A stretch of 64,000 nucleotides of DNA from an uncultured Acidobacteriota bacterium (GCA_963777605.1 CAVZRV010000013.1:96001-160000); one strand, 5' to 3'. Shown: positions 10,533 to 21,797, numbered from the stretch's first letter. Numbers and translations are program-made. Notes: generated by a model from the letters alone, not told the origin.

Positions 10533-11862
10533 ATGAAGTCTCTTCTCGTCCGGGCCGAATCGGGCCACCAACTGGATCGCGTGACCCCGCTGAGCCCTTC
10601 CGACCTGTCCGGTGTGGTCCGCCGAAGTGGCCGCCAGGCCATGGTCGAGAGTTCTTCCCGTCGGTGTTTTCCGGACGCGACCTACCGGGAAGCCGGTGCC
10701 CGCATTGTTCCTGTTGGAAGCACGGGTGACGTTGCTCTGGGAATTCGAAACCTGTCCAGTGAGCCCTTCGAACCGGGGAGTGTCCAGTTGCTGTTCCTTG
10801 ACGCTCCATCAGGACGGCTCGACCGGATGAGCGTTCTCAAGGCAGCCCTTGAAGGTGGAGCCACCCTGATCGATCTGGAGGGAATCAAAGATGCGCAGGG
10901 GAAGCGCCTGGTTGGCCTGGGACCCTATTCCGGGCACGCAGGTGCCTTGAACGGGGCGTGGCTGCTGGGACGCAAGTGGGCGGGAAGGGGACTGATCACC
11001 CCATTGGCCCACTGCCGCCAGGCGAGAGATTTCGCAGATCTCTCGGCAGCCTGTACCGAGTTCCAGCATATCGGCCGGATCATTTCGGACAAGGGGTTTC
11101 CGAGGGAACTCTGTCCGGTGACGATCGGGATCCTGGGCCATGGCCCGGCGGCGAACGGGGTAGTGGAGGTGTTGGAGAACTGGCCCGTGGAGTGGGTTGA
11201 ACCCTCGGCACTCGTCACTGCTCTCCAGACGTGCGGGAGCCGATCCCAGAAAGGTCTACTTGACGGTGTTCGAAGAGAAGCACCTGGTCGAGCGGCTGGA
11301 CGGGAAAGGCTTCGAGCCGCGCGACTATATTGTCCATCCATGGCTGTATCGCAGCCGTTTCGACACCTACCTACCCTGGTTGACTGCTGTGATCAACGCC
11401 GTGTCGTGGGATTCCCGTTACCCCCGTTTCGTAACCTGGGCGGGGTTGGGAGCGCTTGCCGCCCGTCCCGGAGCGATGAAACTGGAGGCTCTGATCGACC
11501 TGCCCGGACACGTCGAGGGATCGATCGAGTGTACCGTTCGGGCAACCGACAGCGAACAGCTGGCTTACCTCTGTGACCCCGTTCGTAAGGAGGTCTGTGA
11601 GAGCATCGAAGGGGACGGGGTTCTGGTCATGGCGAACGGTGAACTGGAAGGGGAACTCCCGGTAGACACTTCCACCTTCCTCAGCGGGAGCCTGAAACCG
11701 TATCTCCCGCAGATTCTGCTGGCCGACTTCGACGAAGGGCTGGAGCGGTCAGGACTTTCCGAAGAGGTCAAGAGAAGCGTTGTCGCCTGTCGCGGCGAGT
11801 TGACTCAGCCATACCGCTACCTGGCGGAGCTGGTTGACCGGTCAGAGGCGTCGGCTCCCTGA
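10533..11862 (+). CDS. Lysine-ketoglutarate reductase/saccharopine dehydrogenase-like protein (AlaDh/PNT fold); frameshift near 11210-11250
   Basis: RAES...RVTPLSP, VESSSRRCFPDATYREAGA, TLIDLEGIKDAQGKRLV, INAVSWDSRYPRFVT, GSIECT and ELPVDTSTFLS. Confidence 0.7.
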
Positions 11863-12474
11863 TACGTGAATCACCCGGTCGGTTGCCTCCTCAATCGAGA
11901 TGTCCGGACCGAGGACGAAGTGGGCGAACTCTCTCGTCGGTTCGACAAATTGCCGATGCATGGGCCGGACGCTGCGCAGGTACTGGTCCAAAACCGATTC
12001 GACCGTCCTGCCGCGCTCCCGGATGTCTCTCTGCAGCCGGCGAATCAGGCGAATGTCGTCCTCTACATCAAGGTAGACTCGCAGGTCGAGCAGGTCCCGG
12101 ATGACGGGATCGTGAAAGAGGAGGATACCGTCAACGAGCAGGGTTGAAACAGGGCTGAGGTGGCGCGTCGATCCAGTCCGTGTGTGTGTAGGAAAGTCGT
12201 ATCGCGGCACGTCCACAGGCTCTCCCGAGCGCAGCGTTCGCAGGTGTTCCAAGAACAGCGGCCAGTCCAGTTGGTCCGGGTGATCGTAGTTGAGGCCGGC
12301 GCGCTGTTCCGAGTTGAGTGCCCCCCGGTCCCGGTAGTAGGAGTCGAGTTCGAGGGAGCTGGCTCGTTCGGGCCCGAGCCGGTCAATCAGACGCCCCACC
12401 AGAGTGCTCTTCCCGGAACCGCTTCCCCCAGCAATCCCGATGACGACTGGACACGGTTTCGGAGAACTCTTCAT
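11842..12474 (-). CDS. udk: Uridine kinase
   Basis: IGIAGGSGSGKST P-loop, DSYY, NYDHPD, DIRLIRRLQRDIRERGR and VRPMHRQFVEPT. Confidence 0.9.
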   Translation of the reverse strand: MKSSPKPCPVVIGIAGGSGSGKSTLVGRLIDRLGPERASSLELDSYYRDRGALNSEQRAGLNYDHPDQLDWPLFLEHLRTLRSGEPVDVPRYDFPTHTRTGSTRHLSPVSTLLVDGILLFHDPVIRDLLDLRVYLDVEDDIRLIRRLQRDIRERGRTVESVLDQYLRSVRPMHRQFVEPTREFAHFVLGPDISIEEATDRVIHVSGSRRL

Positions 12475-12595
12475 GAGCTCAAAGATATTGCACGAAACTG
12501 TGACCAAATCCAGTACCGCGAAGGCGCTTCTTGATGCGGGGCACCTGCCTCGCCTGCGGTGAACCGGGCCAAGTGGGGCTTGAAACTTCATTTGG

Positions 12596-12629
12596 GATGA
12601 GTTCCTGGTTCCTGGTTTCTCGTTCCTGG
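12596..12629. repeat. Heptamer tandem repeat (GTTCCTG)n, degenerate
   Basis: gttcctg-gttcctg-gtttctc-gttcctg in intergenic DNA. Confidence 0.6.
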
Positions 12630-13045
12630 AGGGAGAATAATCCAGGCAGGCCGTGCCTGGTATGTCGGCCGGGCAGCTTGCCCGGCGGAAGTGAACCTTC
12701 TCAATCCAGGATTCTTGATTTCCGGTTTGTTCTGAAACAGTCCGCCACCGGGACTGAATCGCACTTTCAGTGCTGCATTGCCGTCCCGGCTCCTATTCCC
12801 GGGCGTTGCCGCCGGGCTGAAAATGACCCAGCGCCGTTGGCGCGCTCATCTGGCGATGCTTCACCAGTTTTACACGCTGAATGATCCGCGCAGGGCGGGG
12901 GGCGCGGGCTGATTTGAACGGTCCGTTGTGTGGGATTATTAAAAGGGTGGTATCGTCTGGAATGAGAGAGCGTTGCAGTTCTTGAATCATGAACATCGAC
13001 ACCTCTGGATCCGTCCGTTCCAGGGTTGAGGAGCAGGAGAATTCT

Positions 13046-14158
13046 ATGGACCCGCGGTACGTTAAGCTGGCCGGCACGCTGATTGAGTATTCGGTAGACC
13101 TTCAGAAAGGCGAGAAGGTTCTCATCGAGGCGATTGAGGTCCCGACCGCATTTACTCAGTCCCTGATCCGGGCCGTCTATAATCGTGGCGGCACGCCTGT
13201 GGTCTTGCTGAAGGACCTTTCGGTGCAGAGAGAATTGCTGCTCGGTGCCGAAGAAGATCAACTCCGGCTGATCGGAGCCTCGGAGAAGTTGCTGATAGAG
13301 AATGTCCAGGGATACGTGGGAGTTCGCGGAAGTGCCAACATCTCCGAGTTGGGTGACGTGCCGGCTTCGAGAATGAAGCTTTACGACTCCGAGATCTGGC
13401 GACCCGTGCATATCGAACGCCGGGTTCCGAACACGAAGTGGGTCGTCCTGCGCTGGCCGAGCCCTTCAATGGCCCAGCTTTCCCAGATGTCTACCGAGGC
13501 GTTCGCCGACTTCTTCTTCCAGGTCTGCACGATGGACTATGCCCGGATGTCACGGGCCATGGAACCGCTCGAGGAACTGATGGAGGCAACGGACCGGGTT
13601 CGCCTTGTGAGCCCCGGCACCGAACTCGAGTTCAGCATTAAGGGGATCCCGGCGATCCGCTGTGATGGTCGGCGCAACATTCCCGACGGGGAGGTCTACA
13701 CGGCCCCGGTTCGGGACAGCATCAACGGGACCATCACGTACAACACACCGACGATTTACCAGGGAGTTACCCACGAAAACGTCCGTTTCAGGTTCGAGAA
13801 TGGAAAGATCGTGGATGCTTCGAGCAGCAATCCTGAGCATCTCAACCAGGTTCTGAACACCGACGAAGGGGCCCGATACGTCGGAGAATTCGCGATCGGT
13901 TTCAACCCCTACATCACCCGGCCGATGAAAGACATCCTGTTCGACGAGAAGATTGCGGGCAGCATTCACCTGACTCCCGGCAATGCCTACAAGGAAGCCA
14001 ATAACGGCAATTCCAGCCAGGTTCACTGGGACCTGGTGTTGATGATGGATCCATCGACCGGAGGCGGCGAGGTCTACTTCGACGGGCGGCTGGTTCGCAA
14101 GAACGGACTCTTCGTACTGGATCAGCTTCAGGGACTCAACCCGGATCAGCTGAAGTAG
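13046..14158 (+). CDS. Aminopeptidase, M29 family (AmpS/PepS-like)
   Basis: RBS AGGAG; MDPR start; NIPDGEVYTAP, TDEGARYVGEFAIG, LFDEKIAGSIHLTPG and SQVHWDLV. Confidence 0.92.
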   Translation: MDPRYVKLAGTLIEYSVDLQKGEKVLIEAIEVPTAFTQSLIRAVYNRGGTPVVLLKDLSVQRELLLGAEEDQLRLIGASEKLLIENVQGYVGVRGSANISELGDVPASRMKLYDSEIWRPVHIERRVPNTKWVVLRWPSPSMAQLSQMSTEAFADFFFQVCTMDYARMSRAMEPLEELMEATDRVRLVSPGTELEFSIKGIPAIRCDGRRNIPDGEVYTAPVRDSINGTITYNTPTIYQGVTHENVRFRFENGKIVDASSSNPEHLNQVLNTDEGARYVGEFAIGFNPYITRPMKDILFDEKIAGSIHLTPGNAYKEANNGNSSQVHWDLVLMMDPSTGGGEVYFDGRLVRKNGLFVLDQLQGLNPDQLK

Positions 14159-14166
14159 GCGGTTCC

Positions 14167-16308
14167 GTGACGAATTCCAAGCTGCCCCTGGTGTTGCCAC
14201 TGGCATTAGTACTGTCTTGCGGCCTTGCTCCGTACGCGCTCTCCCAGACCGTGAACGTGGAGCCGACGACACAACCTCCTCGAATCGACGGGAAGCTCGA
14301 CGACCCGGTCTGGCGTGACATCGTCCCAATTCGAAATTTCCAGCAGCGGGAACCAAACCCGGGAGCGCCGCCCTCAGAGGAGACCGAGGTCTACGTCACC
14401 TTTGACCACGACCAAATCTATTTCGGATTCCGCTGCAAAGTGAGTAGTCCGGACGAGATTACGGCCAAGGAAATGGCCCGGGATGCCGACCTCTCGGTGG
14501 ACGATCGGGTCCAGATCATCCTCGATACGTTCCTGGATCGACGAAACGGCTACTGGTTTCAGATCGGTCCCCGCAGCTCCATCGGTGACGCGCTCGTCAG
14601 CGACAATGGCGAACGCTTCAACAAGGAGTGGGACGGGCTCTGGGAAGGGAGGGCGGCAATTGGTCCGGACGCCTGGACGGCTGAGGTCGCCATCCCGTTC
14701 AAGACTCTGAACTTCCGCCCGGGTCAGTCGGAGTGGGGCCTGAAGCTGATCCGCTATATCAAGCGCAAGGAAGAAGTAGACTACTGGCCCCTGGGAAACC
14801 TGGACACCTACCGCTTTCAGATCTCCGATTCGGGAACCATCAGTGGACTCAAGGGGTTGTCGCAGGGCAAAGGTCTGGACATTCGGCCTTACGGATTGGC
14901 GGGTATCAACCAGTATGCCGACCGGGATAGCGAGCTGGTCGGTGACGCCGGAGTGGACGTCTTTTACCAGTTGACTCCCGGCCTGAAAACAGCTCTGACG
15001 ATCAATACCGATTTTGCCGAAACCGAGGTAGACCAACGACGGGTCAACCTGACTCGTTTCCCGCTCTTTTTTCCCGAGAAACGGGATTTCTTTCTGGACG
15101 GCGCCGACTACTTCACCTTCGGGACCAGCCGATCCGACCTGATCCCGTTCTTCTCCCGGCGGTTGGGTCTCGACGAGAACGGCGAGCCGATCCCGATCAC
15201 GGTGGGAGGGAAGCTGACCGGTCGCCAGGGACAGTGGAATATGGGAGTCCTGGGCGTGATCGATGATCAGAATGGGGACAACCGTGGGTTCGGAGTTGTA
15301 CGGGTAACCCGCAACCTGGGACGCCAGTCCTCGGTCGGGATGATCGCCACCGGCGGCAATGCGCTGGGAAGCCTCGACAATTCGGTGATCGGCGGAGACT
15401 TCCGGCTCGCAAGTTCGACCTTCCGCGGGAATCAGAACATCGGACTGACCTTCTTTGGGCTCAAATCATCGACTTCGGGAACCCGGGGAAACGATTCCGC
15501 TTACGGGTTCCAGTTTCTTTACCCCAACGACTTTGTTCAGGCCCAGGCCGGGTTCCAGGAGATTGGCGACGACTTCAATGCTGGAATAGGCTTTGTTCCC
15601 CGAGTCGGGATTCGCCAGTCATACGCAAGTGCAGGCCTCGGCCCGAGGCCCCGGGCCTGGGGCATTCGCCAATTCTTCTTCAGGGCGTCCGGAGAGTACA
15701 TCACCGACCTGGACAACAGTCTCTTAACCCGCAGCCTGAGGTTCACACCGGTCGAGGTTCTCTTCGATTCGGGGGATCACTTTGAAGGCGACGTCACTTT
15801 CCAGTACGAGTGGTTGACCGAGGATTTTGCCATCCATCCCGACTACACGATTCCAACCGGAAGCCACGAGTTTGCCTACTACTCCGCTGAGTTCCGGTCG
15901 GCTCATCGGAGGGATCTCTGGTTTGATGCCGAGGTGGAGTGGGGAGAGTTCTTCAACGGGAGAACCCGGGACCTCCAGTTGGCTACCGGGTACAAGGTAG
16001 CGGTTCCCCTTTTCCTGGGAGTTCAGTATGAGAGAAACCGGGTATACCTCCCGGAAGGGGACTTCACTGCCAATGTCTCCCGCCTGAACGCCAACATTCT
16101 GTTCAGCCCTGATGTCACGCTATACAACTATGTGCAGTATGACAATCTCAGCGAGCGACTTGGCTGGCAGTCCCGGTTCTACTGGATCCTCAAGCCGGGA
16201 AACGAGATCATAATGGTCTGGAACTCGAGCATTACAGATCCCTTCGACCGGTTTGTTCTCACCGAGAGCACTGCCCGGTTCAAGGTGAATTACAATTTCC
16301 GTTTTTGA
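14167..16308 (+). CDS. CBM9-like domain plus DUF5916 outer-membrane barrel protein
   Basis: PRIDGKLDDPVW, WTAEVAIPFKTL, TINTDFAETEVD and FFPEKRDFFL; C-terminal Phe. Confidence 0.85.
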   Translation: MTNSKLPLVLPLALVLSCGLAPYALSQTVNVEPTTQPPRIDGKLDDPVWRDIVPIRNFQQREPNPGAPPSEETEVYVTFDHDQIYFGFRCKVSSPDEITAKEMARDADLSVDDRVQIILDTFLDRRNGYWFQIGPRSSIGDALVSDNGERFNKEWDGLWEGRAAIGPDAWTAEVAIPFKTLNFRPGQSEWGLKLIRYIKRKEEVDYWPLGNLDTYRFQISDSGTISGLKGLSQGKGLDIRPYGLAGINQYADRDSELVGDAGVDVFYQLTPGLKTALTINTDFAETEVDQRRVNLTRFPLFFPEKRDFFLDGADYFTFGTSRSDLIPFFSRRLGLDENGEPIPITVGGKLTGRQGQWNMGVLGVIDDQNGDNRGFGVVRVTRNLGRQSSVGMIATGGNALGSLDNSVIGGDFRLASSTFRGNQNIGLTFFGLKSSTSGTRGNDSAYGFQFLYPNDFVQAQAGFQEIGDDFNAGIGFVPRVGIRQSYASAGLGPRPRAWGIRQFFFRASGEYITDLDNSLLTRSLRFTPVEVLFDSGDHFEGDVTFQYEWLTEDFAIHPDYTIPTGSHEFAYYSAEFRSAHRRDLWFDAEVEWGEFFNGRTRDLQLATGYKVAVPLFLGVQYERNRVYLPEGDFTANVSRLNANILFSPDVTLYNYVQYDNLSERLGWQSRFYWILKPGNEIIMVWNSSITDPFDRFVLTESTARFKVNYNFRF

Positions 16309-16326
16309 GCATTCCGGAGTGCAGCC

Positions 16327-17079
16327 ATGCGTATTCGACTTGCCTTTCTTCTCTTCGCTGCGGCAGCGATCTGCCTGATCGGGGCTACCTCGCCCCGCCC
16401 GACGCTGCGTGTTCTGACATACAACATCCACCACGGAGAGGGGAGGGACGGGCTGTTCGACTACAACCGCCTGGGTCGCATCATTTCGGGTGTCAATCCG
16501 GATGTCGTTGCCCTGCAGGAAGTTGACAAGGACACTATTCGGGCGGATCGCAAAGACCAGGCTCAGCTTCTCGGCGAACTCACCCAGATGGACCCGTTCT
16601 TTGGACGGGCGATGTACTATCAGGAAGGCGAATACGGGGGGGCGGTCCTGTCCCGGTATCCGCTCGAGAACATGAAAGCACATTCGCTTCCGTATCGGAC
16701 CGGGAGTGAACCCCGGGTGGCCGTCGAAGTGACCGTGAACCCGGGCGATGGCCTGCCGAATTTCATTTTCGTTTCAACGCATCTCTGTAATGCCAACGAG
16801 GTGGTTCGAACCGACCAGGCGACTCGCCTTCAGGCACTCTTCGGTGATGCCAAACTCCCGGTCGTAATGGCGGGTGACTTCAACTCCCGGGCCCATCAGC
16901 CGCCCATGCGTTTGCTGTTCTCGAAAGGCTGGCTCGATGCGACCCGAAATGTCTCTCGAATCGACTACATCCTGATCAGGAACATGGATCCCTGGAAAGT
17001 CATTGAAGATAAGGCTTTGGACGAACCCGTCGCGTCCGACCACCTCCCCCTCCTGGCCGTGCTCGAGTGGGAACAGTGA
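16327..17079 (+). CDS. Endonuclease/exonuclease/phosphatase family secreted protein
   Basis: LTYNIHHG, DVVALQEVD, STHL, MAGDFN, RIDYIL and ASDHLP. Confidence 0.9.
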   Translation: MRIRLAFLLFAAAAICLIGATSPRPTLRVLTYNIHHGEGRDGLFDYNRLGRIISGVNPDVVALQEVDKDTIRADRKDQAQLLGELTQMDPFFGRAMYYQEGEYGGAVLSRYPLENMKAHSLPYRTGSEPRVAVEVTVNPGDGLPNFIFVSTHLCNANEVVRTDQATRLQALFGDAKLPVVMAGDFNSRAHQPPMRLLFSKGWLDATRNVSRIDYILIRNMDPWKVIEDKALDEPVASDHLPLLAVLEWEQ

Positions 17080-17080
17080 T

Positions 17081-17453
17081 TTTCGATTGACGATTGTCGA
17101 CCTGCGATTGACGATTTTGGGGTGTCTTTCCGAAATCGCTATCGGAGGCAGATCTAGCCCATCTCTCCGTGCCCAACCCGTCGGCGGGCACACGACACCC
17201 CCGGGCAAAGCCTCCGGCGGGGGCCAAACCCCAAACCCCAACTAATATTTACGAACGTGCGGGAAAAAGTGCGAAGAGCCCGCTGGAAAAAAGTGGAAAC
17301 GGTGGGATTTGAAGGGAGATGAAGCGGAGGGAATGGAGGGGAGCAAGGATGGACGGGACAATCCAGGGAGAGACAGTGTCTCCACTCGAGTCTGGGCAGC
17401 GCGGCCTTTGTTCTTCCTGGAACCAGCAATCGAAAACAGCAATCGTCAATCGC
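17081..17453. repeat. Inverted pair of heptamer repeat tracts (CGATTGA / TCAATCG-type) between convergent genes
   Basis: ttcgattga cgattgt cgacctg cgattga cgattt at 17082-17118; caatcga aaacagc aatcgtc aatcg at ~17427-17452. Confidence 0.55.
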
Positions 17454-18315
17454 GAAACTTCTTCTCCAACTCCTCCCAGCGGGGCAGGCCGACGATCTTC
17501 TTGAACTCGGGAAAGTCTATCGGGGTTGGAAATCCACGGGTCGTTCCCTGGCTCTGCAGGTATTCGAAAGCCTGCCGCATGGCTGAAGTGGCTGCGAAGA
17601 GCCCGGTCAATGGGTAGACGACTATCTTGAAACCCATTCCGGACAGTTCGTCAGCCGGCAGCAGAGGCGTCCGGCCTCCCTCGATCATATTGGCAAAGGT
17701 GGGGATCCCGGGCAGTGATTTGGGAATTTTCTTCAGTTCCTCGAGGGATTCGGGCGCCTCGATGAAGATCACGTCTGCGCCGGTCTCGAAATACTTTTGA
17801 CCGCGCGCAATTGCCCTGTCCAGGCCTTCGACCGCCCGAGCGTCGGTTCTGCCAATAATCACCAGTTCCGAGTCGCCACGTGCTTCGACCGCGGCCCTGA
17901 TCTTTTCACTGTGCTCTTCCACCGGGATTACCCGCTTGCCGCCGAAGTGCCCGCAACGTTTTGGCCAGACCTGGTCTTCGAGGATGATTCCGGCGATTCC
18001 CGCGCGAACCGCCGATTCAACTGTGCGAAAGACGTTCAGGGGCCCGCCGTAGCCGGTGTCGAGGTCGGCAACGATCGGAACCTTCACCGAACGGGCCAGG
18101 TTCCCCGAGGCGTCGAGAACCTCAGACGCGGTCAGGAGTCCGTAATCGGGTCCTCCGAGCAGCGCCGCTGACAATCCGAATCCGCTCGTGAACAGGGCAG
18201 GGAAGCCCGCCTGCTCGGCCAGCCGTGCACTCAGGCAGTCGTAGACTCCGGGCAGGACCAGTGCACCGGGCTCATTCAGCAGGGAACGCAGTTGGGGACT
18301 GCGGGACTTCGTCAC
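17446..18315 (-). CDS. Isocitrate lyase/PEP mutase family enzyme (methylisocitrate lyase-like)
   Basis: RBS GAGGAGG before GTG; PGVYDCLSARL, ADLDTGYG, EDQVWPKRCGH, RTDA, FIEAP and NMIEGGRTP. Confidence 0.88.
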   Translation of the reverse strand: MTKSRSPQLRSLLNEPGALVLPGVYDCLSARLAEQAGFPALFTSGFGLSAALLGGPDYGLLTASEVLDASGNLARSVKVPIVADLDTGYGGPLNVFRTVESAVRAGIAGIILEDQVWPKRCGHFGGKRVIPVEEHSEKIRAAVEARGDSELVIIGRTDARAVEGLDRAIARGQKYFETGADVIFIEAPESLEELKKIPKSLPGIPTFANMIEGGRTPLLPADELSGMGFKIVVYPLTGLFAATSAMRQAFEYLQSQGTTRGFPTPIDFPEFKKIVGLPRWEELEKKFRD

Positions 18316-18436
18316 GTGGGCAACCTCCTCGGGATCAAGTTGGCGGAAAACTATACCCCAGACAAAGGAATAGCCCAACCGGGTTTCCCCGGTCGGGCTG
18401 GGAGTCTCAAGTGGCTCTGAGGAGCGCTCGTGGCTC

Positions 18437-20467
18437 CTAGTGAGGCCGCTCTCGCGGGGGGCGAGGAGCCGAACTGGGCCTGCTTGGTGCGGGCCGGCTC
18501 GGCATCGGCGTTGACCTTTGATAGCTGGGTCTCGATGGCGATGGTCGGGACATGGTCGAAGGCCGGCTGATCGACGGGCTCGGCCGGCTTGCCGGGGACG
18601 GCCGGCTGATCGATGGCGACACCGATCGGCTCGGGCGCTCGGGCCGCGTGGAACGGTAGCTCGGCGTTGACCGGGAACTCGGAGTTGACCACCAGCGCGA
18701 GGAAGAGCGATTCGGTGACACGGTCGATCGAGGGACCGCCGGTGTGGAACGGGCGGTCGATGGAGGTGTCACCATCTCTCGAGTTGGGTAACGGTACGGT
18801 TCAATCGTGTTGCTGCGGCTCGAGCTCGGACGTGCGTCTGGAGTGGAGTATGTGAAACCCGAACGATCCTGTGATCGATTTGAGAACGTATTTCGTTCCG
18901 GCACCGGAGGCCTGGTCGTACTTCGTTGCGGCACGGCAGGCCTGGTCGTATTCGATCCTGGTCGAACCGTTTCGGGAGTTCTACTGGGTACCGTTCTCGA
19001 TCGCACAGCCGGAGCGATGTCGGGGGAGCGGGCCACGGACCGTCCACTCACGCCGCCGCCGCGCGAGTTACCCGGGTTTGTCTGCACCGGCGAGCGTCCC
19101 CCGGTAGCCCGGCTTTCCGGGATGCTGCGGGTCGTCGTGGGCGGACGTACATAAGAACGGTCGGTGTTTCCCCGGGTCGATCCGCGCTCCGTGAATGAAG
19201 AGGCCACGCCGTTCGGCGGAGTCCTTCCCACGGTGCCGCGATCACCGGAGACCGCCCGGTTCTGGCCACGGGTGAAGCTGTAATTGCGGAGGTTGTCGGG
19301 GAGCCCGGTGCGAACCTCGCGGCTAAACTCGGAGGGGATCCGGTTGAGAGCAACCTGGTTGACTCTGGTTCGGCTGAAGTCGTTGGAACGCACCAGCGTC
19401 AAGCCTCTTCGCGAAGCATTGTTGATGATCGTCGTGTTGTTGATGATCGTTGTGTTGTTGGAGTTCCAGTTGCTGCGGGGATACCAACCCACGTAGCCGC
19501 CCGAGTGGTAGAAGTTAACGGGCGCAGCGCTCCAGTGGTTGAATCCGCCTGGGAGCCAGCACCAGCGGGAGTTGTAGTATCTCCAGGCCCCGTAGTGGTA
19601 GGGGAGGTAGCCCCAGGGTTCATTGCTCATCCAGGTCCAGCCCCATCCGAGCGAGAAGTCCACCCAGAAACCGTTGCGGAACGGAACCCACCCGACCGAC
19701 ACGTTCGGAACCCAAACTGTTCCGTAGGTCGGGTAGTTGACCCAGGTTCCATAGTAGTCAAGGTCGTAGACTCCCGGGTAGTAGACACCGCCGACGTGGG
19801 CAACCGAACGGCTCGAAACCATGCGGGCGTCACGCCGGGAGCTCCACACATCAAAGGAGTCCTCCGAGTAGCCGTAGCTGACGTTGACGACCGTACCCTG
19901 GGTGGAATCGATCAGGGCCCGCTGGTCGTTCTCGATCCTCTGAGTACCCTGGGATCCGTCAAAGTCGGCTCTGCCCTTGCGGACAACGACTTCGATGGCC
20001 CCGTTGGAATCGAGACCGATGCGATACAGACCTTTCTTGTTGATGTAAACGGGACCGGCGGGAGTATAGATCCGGAAGTTTTCGCTGTCGTTCACACGCA
20101 GGATCACGGCACCGGTGTGCAGTTCCAGCACCGTTTCCTTGCCGTCAACCTGGACGAAGGCCACGTCGGTCTCCGGTCCAAGTCTGAGAAAGTTCTGCTT
20201 CCCGAAATCGACTTCAACTCGTGAGTCGGCCTGGGAGAAAATTCGGTCCCCGTTTAGAAGCGGGAGGTTCACGGTTACTTCGTCCCAATCCACGTTGCCG
20301 GCAGGCTCGTAGGCACCACGGCCGTCCAGGTAGCTGATCCGCGGAGGGTAGTAATCAGCCGCCAGCACCCCCGCCTGCAGCCCAAAAAAGACGAGCAGCA
20401 GGAAAATCGGCACCGGCAAATGGAATCGAGACAAGGACGTTTTGTTTTTCATTGTCTTGCTCCTCAT
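18437..20467 (-). CDS. FecR plus DUF6600 secreted protein with long Ser/Arg/Pro-rich tail
   Basis: RISYLDG, NLPLLNGDRI, LDYYGTW, GWVPFRNGFW and EPWGYLPYHYGAW; low-complexity C-terminal ~280 aa. Confidence 0.8.
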   Translation of the reverse strand: MRSKTMKNKTSLSRFHLPVPIFLLLVFFGLQAGVLAADYYPPRISYLDGRGAYEPAGNVDWDEVTVNLPLLNGDRIFSQADSRVEVDFGKQNFLRLGPETDVAFVQVDGKETVLELHTGAVILRVNDSENFRIYTPAGPVYINKKGLYRIGLDSNGAIEVVVRKGRADFDGSQGTQRIENDQRALIDSTQGTVVNVSYGYSEDSFDVWSSRRDARMVSSRSVAHVGGVYYPGVYDLDYYGTWVNYPTYGTVWVPNVSVGWVPFRNGFWVDFSLGWGWTWMSNEPWGYLPYHYGAWRYYNSRWCWLPGGFNHWSAAPVNFYHSGGYVGWYPRSNWNSNNTTIINNTTIINNASRRGLTLVRSNDFSRTRVNQVALNRIPSEFSREVRTGLPDNLRNYSFTRGQNRAVSGDRGTVGRTPPNGVASSFTERGSTRGNTDRSYVRPPTTTRSIPESRATGGRSPVQTNPGNSRGGGVSGRSVARSPDIAPAVRSRTVPSRTPETVRPGSNTTRPAVPQRSTTRPPVPERNTFSNRSQDRSGFTYSTPDARPSSSRSNTIEPYRYPTREMVTPPSTARSTPAVPRSTVSPNRSSSRWWSTPSSRSTPSYRSTRPERPSRSVSPSISRPSPASRPSPSISRPSTMSRPSPSRPSYQRSTPMPSRPAPSRPSSAPRPPRERPH

Positions 20468-20638
20468 TCCACTCTTTTAGATTGGGTTTCTACGATTATG
20501 TTTCATTCTGTCACGAATTGTAAGGGCTGGGGATGTCGATGAACAGGGTGAACTGGGAGGGGCAGGTGGTCCAGGCCGGCCGGGCCGGGCTGGGCTTTCT
20601 GACCGGATCGACCGGAGACTCCTCAATTGACCCGGAGT

Positions 20639-21797
20639 TCAGGGCGTTTGCCGGTCCATCGTAAACGTACCGCTGTCGGTGCTCAGATCATCGAGATGGG
20701 TGATCACCCAGGTCCCCGTCACCTGGGTGTCCGAGAACGCGAAGTCTGTGACTCCCATGTAGATGGTCAGGTAGGGACTGCTGATCAACCCGGTACCTCC
20801 GTCCATGAACTTCGTCTCCGCGAAGAAGGAGAGATCGAGGAACTGTTCGAGTTTCTGTCCGTTCACCAGGACTGGGAAGTCGTTGCTAACCGTCTGGTTG
20901 TCGAGATTGTTGATGGCAAGGTAGCCTTTGACGAAATGGCCTTCCGCCCAGAGGCGTGATCGTGCCGTCGATTCTCTGGATCGAACTTCCCGCGTCTCCG
21001 ACCAGAGCGATGTTGTAAGCCACCGGGGAGGGAAGCAGGGGAAGACTTGAGATTTGACCGTTGACGAGGGTCAGGGCGGTGCCCACGATGGGGGCGGGAA
21101 GCGACAACGGTCCCACGCTGGCGATCTCCACTTTGCCCTTTCCAAGGCTGATGCCCGGGAAAATCTCACTGAGAAACTGTGCGGTGTGGGCTTGGGGGCC
21201 GAGGCTGATCGTCGTGGATGTGACCTCCCTTGCGTCGCTGCCGTCGATCAGGGTGATCAGCACCTGGGTTGGAGCGACATTCGGGGAGGGGTTGGCGAGC
21301 GCGAGTGCTACCGCAAAAAAGTCCTCAAAGGGAAGCGCGGTGAGGTAGAACTCGGTGGACGGCGATACCCCGACGCTGTCGGTGATCACGCCGTTTTGAC
21401 GGAAGTAGTAGGTCAGATTGGCTTCAACAAAATTGTCCTGGTAGAGGTCGATGGCACGGATCACCGCAAACCCGGTTTCAACCGTATTGGTGCCGGTAAC
21501 GTGCAGGACCACGGTCTGGTCAGTCGGAATCTGGAATCGAAGTTGGCCCAATGTGACCGGCGTCCCATTGACTACCGGGTTCCAGGCGGAACCGTTCAAG
21601 CCGCGCGAGAAGGAGATCTTGGCGTCGTATTCATGGCCGCCCCGGTTGGTCAGCGTGAGCACGGTTTCGAGGCCGGGCCCGGCGGCGACCTGGGCAAATG
21701 CGAGATCCTTCTGGGCTACCAGCCACTGACCAAAGGCCGTCGTTCCAGTCAGGAAAATGGTTGCTGCAAGAAGAACTACCTTCGCTGAATTCCGCAT
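20639..21797 (-). CDS. Secreted hypothetical protein; frameshift near 20950
   Basis: Signal peptide; FAQVAAG...TVLTLTN and ALALANP...LGPQAHTAQFLSEIF motifs; after a frame change continues LWAEGHFVKGYL...VNGQK into ORF 20639-20866. Confidence 0.6.
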
